Source: Candidatus Saccharimonadota bacterium (GTDB lineage: Archaea; Nanohalarchaeota; Nanosalinia; Nanosalinales; Nanosalinaceae). From it: a stretch of DNA of 32,000 nucleotides. Location of the stretch: the NCBI RefSeq assembly GCF_047555085.1, contig NZ_CP180230.1, positions 750,001-782,000 of the forward strand, written 5' to 3'. Positions 24,777 through 32,000 of this stretch are shown in pieces. A model generated the notes under the pieces. The model had not been told where the DNA came from, searched no databases, and worked only from the letters and a program-made list of their open reading frames with translations. A program made the position numbers and the translations under genes. Within the stretch, counting starts at the first letter, position 1. Each line of letters begins with the position of its first letter.

Positions 24777-26579
24777 ATGACCAAGGTATCTATTACAGGC
24801 CCGAAGACACAGTTAGACAGAGTTATAACTACTTTATATGATCTTGAAGTTCTTGATATAGATGATTACAGTGGAGAGATGCTTGAGAAAGGTGAACCGT
24901 TCAAGAAAGCCGAGGATCTTTCGCAGTTACTTGTTGATGTTAGATCTCTGAAGTCCAAGTTGCCTGAAATCGAGTACGAAAACGGGAATGGATTCAGCTT
25001 GGAGAATATCCAGGATTCTGTTGAAGAGATAAATGAAGAAGTTGACAGCCTCACAGCTGAAAGAGACAGTATAAAGACCGATATATCAAATCTAAATGAC
25101 CATATAAGATTCTTCAAGCATATCAAAGGCTGTGATCTAAAGTACAGTGATCTTGCAGGATCAGAAAATCTTGATGTTATTGCAGGAAAGTTTGATAGAG
25201 AAGGCCTGACACAGGACCTTGGGGACGACAGTTACGATATTTTCGAGGGAAGTCAGGCCTCAGTAGTAGTTTTCAGCAACGATTCCGGGCTGGACTCCCG
25301 TATCAGAAATCATCTCAAGGAGGAGTACAGTGTACCGGAGCTTGATGTCTCCGGCTTCCCGAGCGAAGTTATAGATGATCTCAGGAAGAGAAGAAAGGAG
25401 CTGAAGCAGAGCCGTAGAAGTCTTGAAAAGAAGATAGAGGATATCGCAAGGGATTGGTATCCACGTCTTGACGGAGCGGATGAATTCCTTACCGAGAAAG
25501 TTGAGAAAGCTGAGGCACCTATCCGATTTGGAACTACTGACAAGGCCTTTGTTGCCCAGGGATGGATTCCTTCCGAGCAGTTCGAGGAAGTCGAGGAGAT
25601 CCTGGCAGAGGCCTGTGAAGGAAAGATTCATATTCAGAAGGAAGATGATGATCAGGAGCCTCCTGTAAAGCATGATAATGCAGGACCTGTCAAGCCTTTC
25701 GAGTCTTTGACTGATCTTGTTTCAGTTCCAAGGTACAATGAGCTGGATCCTTCTATTGTTTTGATGCTTACTTTCCCACTTTTCTTCGGATTTATGATAG
25801 GTGATGCCGGATACGGGCTTACCACTTTCTTGGTCTTTTATGGAGGGATGAAAGTGTTCCCTCAGGCCAAGGAAATTTTCAAGTCGCTGATGTATGCCTC
25901 CGTTGCGACGTTCTTATTCGGACTGGCGTTCGGTGATGCGTTCGGATACGTCATATTCGGCCATCACTCCGAACTAGCTGCCGCTACAGGAATCCATCTG
26001 TTTGAACAGATTCCGATTCTGTGGCATCGTGCCGAGCATCTTGGACAGGTATTCAACATTGCGGCCATGATAGGCCTCGTACACGTTAATATTGGATACC
26101 TGATTGGAGGCTACAACGAGTACGTTAACCACGGATTGAAGGAGGCCTTCCTTGAGAAAGGTTCCTGGCTTGTACTTCAGATCGGTGCATTGATGACGTA
26201 CTTTTACGGTGCAACGGTAGGAGGGCCTGTACTGGCTCTATCAGTAGTATTGTTGTTTGTAGGTGAAGGTGTGGAAGGCCTTGTCGAGATCCCTTCATTG
26301 ATCTCGAACATCCTTTCGTACCTTCGAATCTTCGGTGTCTCAGTCGCAGCCGTCGTACTGGCGCAGGTCGTTAACTCGATGGCCCAGCCGCTCCTGACTT
26401 CAGGAAGCGTAGTCGGTTTGACGGCAGGCATCGGTTTACTTGTGTTTGGACACGTGTTCAACACATTCGTTAAAATCATGGAAGGTTTCCTCCAGGGCAT
26501 CCGACTTCACTACGTCGAGATGTTCAACAAGTTTTACGAGGGAGGAGGCCGAAAATACCTGCCATTCGGGGCAGAGTAA
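24777..26579 (+). CDS. atpI: A-type ATP synthase subunit I (stator/proton channel)
   Basis: 600 aa. An N-terminal cytoplasmic coiled-coil domain is followed by a multi-TM C-terminal domain with the conserved SYLRIFGVS arginine motif. Confidence 0.93.
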   Translation: MTKVSITGPKTQLDRVITTLYDLEVLDIDDYSGEMLEKGEPFKKAEDLSQLLVDVRSLKSKLPEIEYENGNGFSLENIQDSVEEINEEVDSLTAERDSIKTDISNLNDHIRFFKHIKGCDLKYSDLAGSENLDVIAGKFDREGLTQDLGDDSYDIFEGSQASVVVFSNDSGLDSRIRNHLKEEYSVPELDVSGFPSEVIDDLRKRRKELKQSRRSLEKKIEDIARDWYPRLDGADEFLTEKVEKAEAPIRFGTTDKAFVAQGWIPSEQFEEVEEILAEACEGKIHIQKEDDDQEPPVKHDNAGPVKPFESLTDLVSVPRYNELDPSIVLMLTFPLFFGFMIGDAGYGLTTFLVFYGGMKVFPQAKEIFKSLMYASVATFLFGLAFGDAFGYVIFGHHSELAAATGIHLFEQIPILWHRAEHLGQVFNIAAMIGLVHVNIGYLIGGYNEYVNHGLKEAFLEKGSWLVLQIGALMTYFYGATVGGPVLALSVVLLFVGEGVEGLVEIPSLISNILSYLRIFGVSVAAVVLAQVVNSMAQPLLTSGSVVGLTAGIGLLVFGHVFNTFVKIMEGFLQGIRLHYVEMFNKFYEGGGRKYLPFGAE

Positions 26580-26656
26580 ACTCCAGACTTGGAGTTTACG
26601 AAAAGCAGAAACTCAACAGAGTTTCAAAAATCGATATTTGAGGTGAAAATCACACA

Positions 26657-26875
26657 ATGGCAATAGGCGAATTCGCAGCAATCGGTGCAGGACTAGCAAT
26701 CGGACTTTCAGCACTAGCTACAGCTTGGGCTCAGTCAAAGATCGGAGCCGCTGGAGTAGGTGCACTAGCAGAAGATGATAGTCTCTTCGGTTCAGTGCTT
26801 ATTTTGACAGCACTTCCTGAGACAATCATCATCTTCGGACTGGTAGTCTCACTGGTTATCGCAGGATTCATTTAG
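26657..26875 (+). CDS. atpK: A-type ATP synthase subunit K (proteolipid c)
   Basis: 72-aa two-helix proteolipid with the ion-binding Glu in LPETIIIFG. A GAGGTGA SD motif lies upstream. Confidence 0.93.
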   Translation: MAIGEFAAIGAGLAIGLSALATAWAQSKIGAAGVGALAEDDSLFGSVLILTALPETIIIFGLVVSLVIAGFI

Positions 26876-26887
26876 AAAAACCAACTC

Positions 26888-26920
26888 AAGGCCCGTAACA
26901 GGGCCTTTAATTCAATTTTT
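26888..26920 (+). terminator. Hairpin AAGGCCC-gtaaca-GGGCCTT plus a T5 run just after atpK (candidate internal attenuator or RNA-stabilising element)
   Basis: 7-bp stem (26888-26894 / 26901-26907) 13 nt after the atpK stop. T5 lies at 26916-26920. Confidence 0.4.
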
Positions 26921-26949
26921 AACCACAAACCAACGAGGAGAAAAACGAT

Positions 26950-27042
26950 ATGACAACAAGAATCAAGGAAGAAAGCGGAAGGCCTGAAAACAGTACTATG
27001 AACGACTTTAACACGGAAAAAGTTTCTGGAGGTGTCCTGTAG
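26950..27042 (+). CDS. Candidate 30-aa mini-ORF in the atpK-atpE spacer (MTTRIKEESGRPENSTMNDFNTEKVSGGVL)
   Basis: Hand translation. GAGGAG lies 9 nt upstream of the ATG. The stop TAG (27040-27042) ends 1 nt before the atpE ATG (27044). There is no homology evidence. Confidence 0.2.
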   Translation: MTTRIKEESGRPENSTMNDFNTEKVSGGVL

Positions 27043-27043
27043 A

Positions 27044-27577
27044 ATGGGACTTGATGATGTGAAGAATGAGATACTTAATGAAGCAGAGCAGGAGAAAGAA
27101 GAAATCCTAGAGGAAGCTGAGGAGAGAAAACAGGAGATTCTGGAAGAGGCTGAAGGAGAGGCTGACAGAATCCGAAGTGAAGCTGAAGAGGATATAGAGG
27201 ATGAGAAGGCCTCTATGGAGAAGAAGGCTGTCTCCAATGCCAATATGAAGGCGAAGCAGAAGAAGCTCAAGGCAAAGGAGAAGGCTCTTGATCAGGCCTT
27301 TGAAACATTCAGGGATGAACTTCATGATCTCTCCAGTGATGAGAAAGAGTCCATGATCGAGAACGCCATCGAATCTGCTGATTTCGAGGTAGGCCTCGTC
27401 AAGGGAAGTGAAGATTTCGAGGATCTTACAGACAGAGAGTTTGAGTCAGCAGATGTGAACGGTTTTGTTCTTGTCTCTGATGATGGTGAGAGGCAGCTCA
27501 ATTTCACGTTTGATAAAATCGCAGATGATTTCAGGGCCAGATACAGGAAGGATGTTGCCGAAGAGCTTTTCGGTTGA
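27044..27577 (+). CDS. atpE: A-type ATP synthase subunit E
   Basis: N-terminal charged coiled coil (LDDVKNEILNEAEQEKEEILEEAE...) plus a globular C-terminus, in the operon position after atpK. GGAGGTG SD lies upstream of ATG 27044 (the track's GTG at 27032 is less likely). Confidence 0.85.
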   Translation: MGLDDVKNEILNEAEQEKEEILEEAEERKQEILEEAEGEADRIRSEAEEDIEDEKASMEKKAVSNANMKAKQKKLKAKEKALDQAFETFRDELHDLSSDEKESMIENAIESADFEVGLVKGSEDFEDLTDREFESADVNGFVLVSDDGERQLNFTFDKIADDFRARYRKDVAEELFG

Positions 27578-27583
27578 TCAGCT

Positions 27584-28591
27584 ATGAGTCTAGTAGATAA
27601 AATCCCGAAGGACTATCCTTATTTGAACGCACGTATCAGAGCCAAAGGAGCTCAGCTTCTGGACAGGAATGACTACGAGAATCTTCTCAAGATGAAGTCC
27701 AACGGTATCGCCCGGAAACTGGAGGAAGGGCAGTACAGCAGGGAGATAAACGAGCTTGGTTCAATGCTTGATGGGACAGAGCTTGTGGAGACTGCTTTAC
27801 AGAGAAATGCAACTAGAACTCTTGTTGAACTTGTTGATGAAAGCTCCGGAAGCCTTGAAGAGATACTGAAGGTATATGTAAGGCGTTATGATATTGAAAG
27901 CCTGAAGAGGCTTCTGAGAAAGAAGAAACAGGGCGAAGAACTAGGCACAGTAGTAACACCCGGATTTGAGTATCCTATCGAAAGACTCGAAAAAATGCAC
28001 AGAAATGAAAGAGAAGAAATAATAAACTCCATCGAATTCGAAGGAGCGCTCGTGGATTACAGCGAATACATCTCCGCAGAACAATCACTTGAAGAGTTCG
28101 AGAGAGGTATCGATCAGGCCTACTTCGATGAACTGGAGAAGCTAGCAGATAAAACAGGCAATAAAAGACTGGAGAGATTCCTGAGGAAGGAACTTGAGTA
28201 CGAGAACCTGAGGATTGTTATCCGGCTGAAAAGATATGACATAGAAGCTGAAGAAATCAGGAACAGATGTTTCAACTGTGAGGCCTCGAATCTTGTTCAG
28301 GCCTGTATCGATGCAGCGGACTTTGACGAAATGCTTCAGTTGATCAGGGACTCCGACTGGGAAATAGGAATGGCTGAGGAAGTAGAGGAGGTAGAGCACC
28401 AGTTGAAGGTTTCACGCCTCCGCAGCTCCTTGAAGAATCTGAGGACTGCGCCTCTAGGCCTCGCACCGATAATGTCCTTCGTGGTTGCAAAGATGGTTGA
28501 GGTCGACAATCTTCGTATGATGGTTCAGGCCAAGTCCACAGGCGCTCAGGATGCCGATAAAATCAGGGAAAATCTAGTGATTTCAAGATGA
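27584..28591 (+). CDS. atpC: A-type ATP synthase subunit C
   Basis: 335 aa. YPYLNARIRAKGAQLL N-terminus and the repeated helical architecture typical of AtpC / V-type d. Confidence 0.9.
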   Translation: MSLVDKIPKDYPYLNARIRAKGAQLLDRNDYENLLKMKSNGIARKLEEGQYSREINELGSMLDGTELVETALQRNATRTLVELVDESSGSLEEILKVYVRRYDIESLKRLLRKKKQGEELGTVVTPGFEYPIERLEKMHRNEREEIINSIEFEGALVDYSEYISAEQSLEEFERGIDQAYFDELEKLADKTGNKRLERFLRKELEYENLRIVIRLKRYDIEAEEIRNRCFNCEASNLVQACIDAADFDEMLQLIRDSDWEIGMAEEVEEVEHQLKVSRLRSSLKNLRTAPLGLAPIMSFVVAKMVEVDNLRMMVQAKSTGAQDADKIRENLVISR

Positions 28592-28611
28592 AAAAAGAGG
28601 TAAGATAAAAA

Positions 28612-28926
28612 ATGGTAGATTCAGACGACAGGAAAAGTATTGCAGTGATCGGTGACTCCGATTTCACGACAGGTTTCAAGCTTGCAGGCATCAAGAAGAC
28701 TTTCGACACAGAAAACTACAGGGATACAATCGAAGAACTGATTGATCGAGATGACATCGGAATCCTTGTAGCCGAGGAAAGTGACCTGGAGAAGCTGCCT
28801 AAAAGAGCACGAAACACTGTTGAATCAAGTGTCGATCCTGTGGTAGTAGCCTTAAGCGAGACAGCTGAAAGCGAAAGATTGCAGGAGAAAATCAAGAAAG
28901 CTATTGGAGCAGACATCACACAGTGA
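28612..28926 (+). CDS. atpF: A-type ATP synthase subunit F
   Basis: 104 aa. IAVIGDSDFTTGFKLAGIK motif typical of AtpF / V-type F. Confidence 0.9.
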   Translation: MVDSDDRKSIAVIGDSDFTTGFKLAGIKKTFDTENYRDTIEELIDRDDIGILVAEESDLEKLPKRARNTVESSVDPVVVALSETAESERLQEKIKKAIGADITQ

Positions 28927-28964
28927 GACAGTCTAAAACTAATACTAAAGGTGTAAATTAAACA

Positions 28965-29024
28965 ATGAACAACGAGAAAAACAACGAATCGTTTCATACA
29001 GAAACACAGAGGGTGAACAACTGA
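28965..29024 (+). CDS. Candidate 19-aa mini-ORF in the atpF-atpA spacer ([19 protein letters not shown])
   Basis: Hand translation. AAGGTG lies 11 nt upstream of the ATG. The stop TGA (29022-29024) overlaps the atpA ATG (29024-29026) as TGATG. There is no homology evidence. Confidence 0.2.
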   Translation: MNNEKNNESFHTETQRVNN

Positions 29025-30751
29025 TGGGAGAGATTTACAAGGTAGCAGGGCCTGTAGTAATCGCTACAGACATGGACGCACAGATGTACGATGTTGTACA
29101 TGTCGGAGAAGAAGGCCTGATGGGAGAAGTAATCCAGATAGAAGGAGAAAAATCATACATACAGGTATACGAGGATACTACAGGAGTAAAGCCTGGAGAA
29201 CCTGTAGAGAACACGGAAGAGCCTCTTTCCGTAGAACTTGGACCAGGCCTGCTGACATCTATCTACGATGGACTTCAGAGGCCTCTTCCTGAGCTTCAGG
29301 AGATGACAGGAGACTTCATCGCCAGAGGAGAAGATGCTCCAGGAATTGATGAAGAAAAAGAATACGATTTCAGGCCTACAGTCGAGGAAGGTGACGAAGT
29401 TGAACAGGGAGATGTCGTCGGTAAAGTCGACGTAGAGTACGGAGATCACAAAGTAATGGTTCCTCCGGATTCAGAAGGCGGAGAAGTCGCCGATGTCAGA
29501 AGCGGAGATCATACAGTAACAGATACTGTAGTCGAGCTTGAAAACGGGGAAGAGATCCAGATGAGACAGGAATGGCCTATCAGAGACGCAAGGCCTGCTC
29601 AGGACGATCTTAGACCTGAAGTCCCTCTAGTTACAGGACAGAGAGTTCTTGACGGACTGTTCCCAATTGCAAAGGGAGGAACAGCCGCTGTTCCCGGAGG
29701 ATTCGGGACAGGAAAGACTGTGACACAGCAGTCTCTCGCGAAGTTCTCCGACGCAGACATCATTGTATACATCGGATGTGGAGAACGTGGAAACGAGATG
29801 ACAGAGGTACTGGAAGAGTTCCCAGAGCTTGAAGATCCACAGACAGGAGATAAAATCATTAATCGAACAGTACTCATTGCGAACACTTCAAACATGCCTG
29901 TAGCAGCAAGAGAGGCCTCCATCTACACCGGAGTGACGATCGCAGAGTACTTCCGCGACATGGGACTGGACGTCGCACTGATGGCCGACTCCACTTCCCG
30001 TTGGGCGGAAGCTATGCGAGAGATCTCCGCAAGACTGGAGGAGATGCCTGGTGAAAGAGGTTATCCTGCTTATCTTGCTTCAAGGCTTGCAGAGTTCTAT
30101 GAGCGTGCTGGAAGAGTTGATCCTCTTGCAGATGAGGATCCGGGTTCCGTCTCGATCATCGGAGCTGTTTCACCTCCGGGAGGAGACTTCTCGGAGCCTG
30201 TTACTCAGAACACCTTGCGTGTTGTGAAGAACTTCTGGGCTCTGGACAAGGATCTGGCCGAGAAGAGGCACTTCCCATCGATTAACTGGGATGATTCTTA
30301 CTCCGGTTATGAGGATATGCTTGCAGACTACTTCAAGGAAGAAGTAGACGACGACTGGAGTGACAACATTCAGAGAATGAAGGATCTGCTTCAGAAGGAC
30401 GGCGAGCTTCAGGAGACAGTTCAGCTTGTCGGAAAGGATGCTCTTCCGGAAAGAGAAAGATTGACACTGGAGATTGGAACATTGATAAAGCAGTTCTACC
30501 TGCAGCAGAATGCATTCCATCCTGTCGATCAGTACTCTTCACCGCAGAAGACTTTCGACATCCTTGAACTGATCCTGGACTGGGGAGACAACGCTTACCA
30601 GGCACTTGAGGACGGTGCAGCTGTACAGGATATCGTTTCACTGGCCTCAAAGAACAGAATCAGTGAGGTCAAAACCGCAGATGACTACGAGGATAAGATA
30701 AACGAACTCCGTGACCAGATGGATGAAGAGTTCTCGGAGCTTGAGAGGTGA
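29024..30751 (+). CDS. atpA: A-type ATP synthase catalytic subunit A
   Basis: 575 aa. P-loop GGFGTGKTV, Walker B region and full-length AtpA-like sequence. No start codon lies in frame upstream after the TAA at 28946. Confidence 0.98.
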   Translation: MGEIYKVAGPVVIATDMDAQMYDVVHVGEEGLMGEVIQIEGEKSYIQVYEDTTGVKPGEPVENTEEPLSVELGPGLLTSIYDGLQRPLPELQEMTGDFIARGEDAPGIDEEKEYDFRPTVEEGDEVEQGDVVGKVDVEYGDHKVMVPPDSEGGEVADVRSGDHTVTDTVVELENGEEIQMRQEWPIRDARPAQDDLRPEVPLVTGQRVLDGLFPIAKGGTAAVPGGFGTGKTVTQQSLAKFSDADIIVYIGCGERGNEMTEVLEEFPELEDPQTGDKIINRTVLIANTSNMPVAAREASIYTGVTIAEYFRDMGLDVALMADSTSRWAEAMREISARLEEMPGERGYPAYLASRLAEFYERAGRVDPLADEDPGSVSIIGAVSPPGGDFSEPVTQNTLRVVKNFWALDKDLAEKRHFPSINWDDSYSGYEDMLADYFKEEVDDDWSDNIQRMKDLLQKDGELQETVQLVGKDALPERERLTLEIGTLIKQFYLQQNAFHPVDQYSSPQKTFDILELILDWGDNAYQALEDGAAVQDIVSLASKNRISEVKTADDYEDKINELRDQMDEEFSELER

Positions 30752-30761
30752 TTTTTGAACA

Positions 30762-32000
30762 ATGACACAAGAAGAATACCAGACTATTGAACAGGTGAAA
30801 GGACCGCTTGTCTACGTTGAGAAAACCAGAGACGTCGCCTATGGAGACATCGTTGAAATCGAGACTCCGGACGGAGAGGTCAAAAGAGGAGAAGTTCTGG
30901 AGACTTCAAAAGACGTCGTAGTAGTCCAGGTGTACGAGGAGACACAGGGAATCGGACAGGATGCACGAGTCCGTTTCATGGACGAAAACGTCAAGATGCC
31001 TGTTACAGAGGATCTTCTGGGAAGAATCCTTGACGGTACCGGAGATCCAATCGACGATGGGCCTGAAGTAATCCCTGAAGAGGAACGAGACATTCAGGGA
31101 GAGGCCATCAACCCTTACTCAAGAGAGCTTCCGGAAGACTTCATCCAGACAGGAATCTCCACGATTGACGTGGCGAACACTCTTGTCAAGGGACAGAAAC
31201 TTCCGATCTTCTCCGGATCAGGCCTTCCGCACAACCGTCTTGCAAAACAGATCGCAAGACAGGCCGATGTAAAAGGAGAGGATACAGATTTCGCAGTAGT
31301 ATTCGCAGGAATGGGAATCACAGAGGAAGAATCTCAGGACTTCATCGAAGAGTTCGAGGACACAGGAGCACTTGAACGCTCCGTAGTTTTCCTGAACAAG
31401 GCCTCTGATCCTGCACCGGAAAGAATAATCACGCCAAGAATGGCGTTGACGACTGCAGAGTTCCTGGCTTTCGAGAAAGGTATGGATGTCCTTGTCATCA
31501 TGACAGACATGACAAACTACTGTAACGCACTGCGAGAAGTATCTGCAGCTAGAGAGGAAGTTCCAGGGCGAAGAGGATATCCTGGATACATGTATACAGA
31601 TCTTGCAGAGCTTTACGAGCGTGCTGGATTGATTGAAGGCGAGGAAGGATCTGTTACACAGCTTCCTATCCTTACAATGCCTAACGACGATCAGACACAT
31701 CCTATCCCAGACCTTACAGGTTACATTACAGAGGGACAGATCGTTGTCGACAGAGATCTCGATAATCAGGGCCTGAATCCGCCTATAGATATCCTTCCAA
31801 GTCTTTCCCGTCTGGAGGACAACGGTATCGGAGAGGGCTACACTCGCGAAGACCACGGAGATGTTTCAGATCAGCTATACGCTCTCTACGCAGAAGGTGA
31901 GAGCCTGAGAGATCTTGTTTCAATTGTAGGAGAAGATGCGTTGAGTGATAGAGATGAGAAAATCCTTAACTTCACACGTGAGTTCGAGAAAAAGTTTGTC
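30762..32000 (+). CDS. atpB: A-type ATP synthase subunit B (3' end beyond the window)
   Basis: Not in the ORF track because it is open-ended. Hand translation from ATG 30762 gives [21 protein letters not shown]...[15 protein letters not shown]...[15 protein letters not shown]..., typical of AtpB. GAGGTGAT SD lies upstream. Confidence 0.97.
   Translation, partial: MTQEEYQTIEQVKGPLVYVEKTRDVAYGDIVEIETPDGEVKRGEVLETSKDVVVVQVYEETQGIGQDARVRFMDENVKMPVTEDLLGRILDGTGDPIDDGPEVIPEEERDIQGEAINPYSRELPEDFIQTGISTIDVANTLVKGQKLPIFSGSGLPHNRLAKQIARQADVKGEDTDFAVVFAGMGITEEESQDFIEEFEDTGALERSVVFLNKASDPAPERIITPRMALTTAEFLAFEKGMDVLVIMTDMTNYCNALREVSAAREEVPGRRGYPGYMYTDLAELYERAGLIEGEEGSVTQLPILTMPNDDQTHPIPDLTGYITEGQIVVDRDLDNQGLNPPIDILPSLSRLEDNGIGEGYTREDHGDVSDQLYALYAEGESLRDLVSIVGEDALSDRDEKILNFTREFEKKFV

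Larger units (their letters stand above)
175..31404. repeat. Dispersed, strongly over-represented palindromic hexamer AGGCCT (about 121 copies by hand count, first at 175, last at 31399)
   Basis: Line-by-line visual scan. Copies lie in coding DNA (all three frames, genes on both strands) and in intergenic DNA (about 25 copies in about 2.9 kb). One-off neighbours are much rarer: AGGCCC/GGGCCT about 45 combined, AGGCCA/TGGCCT about 27, AGGCCG/CGGCCT about 7. Confidence 0.8.

Noticed and set aside
31218-31856. 212-aa - strand ORF near the window end
   Set aside because: It lies antisense to the clearly recognisable atpB reading frame. It is Cys-rich and basic with no motifs.
1-32000. Search for tRNA, rRNA, CRISPR repeats, IS elements, integrases, toxin-antitoxin or defence genes
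   Set aside because: No intergenic segment is long enough or has cloverleaf-like or repeat-spacer structure. No ORF shows transposase, integrase, Cas or restriction-modification motifs. The only PIN domain belongs to the Nob1 housekeeping nuclease (with a zinc ribbon).

Overview
This is an archaeal chromosomal window, about 90% coding by my gene calls. The predicted proteins are strongly acidic (D/E-rich) and GC is only moderate (mid-40s % by eye, not computed). That fits a salt-in halophilic archaeon with a compact genome. A Nanohaloarchaeota/DPANN-like origin is my inference and is not demonstrated. Most of the content is core information processing: an HhH-GPD glycosylase, aIF2-beta, an RPA32-like OB-fold protein, MCM, TBP, RNase P proteins Rpp30 and Pop5, L15e, ATP-dependent DNA ligase, a nitroreductase, a TrmB regulator, SppA, Elp3, archaeal adenylate kinase, CCA-adding enzyme, aIF5A, a histone, Nob1, an AI-2E permease, TFB and Trm1. 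These are followed by the A1Ao ATP synthase operon atpH-I-K-E-C-F-A-B, with atpB running off the window end. Accessory-looking genes are a type IV pilin-like protein, a secreted LamG-domain protein and several orphan acidic or membrane proteins. I found no rRNA, tRNA, CRISPR array, transposase/integrase or recognisable defence genes, and I cannot point to a convincing novel multi-gene system. The most unusual signal is at the DNA level. The palindromic hexamer AGGCCT occurs about 121 times (hand count), against an expectation of roughly 5-10 from base composition. It occurs in all three reading frames of genes on both strands and is denser in intergenic DNA. There, paired copies form hairpins at or just after stop codons. 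Secondary observations: a 44-nt stretch is identical between the two TBP repeat halves. Two Shine-Dalgarno-preceded mini-ORFs in atp operon spacers end exactly at the next start codon. Very compact divergent promoters share one central A/T box. Several convergent gene ends overlap.
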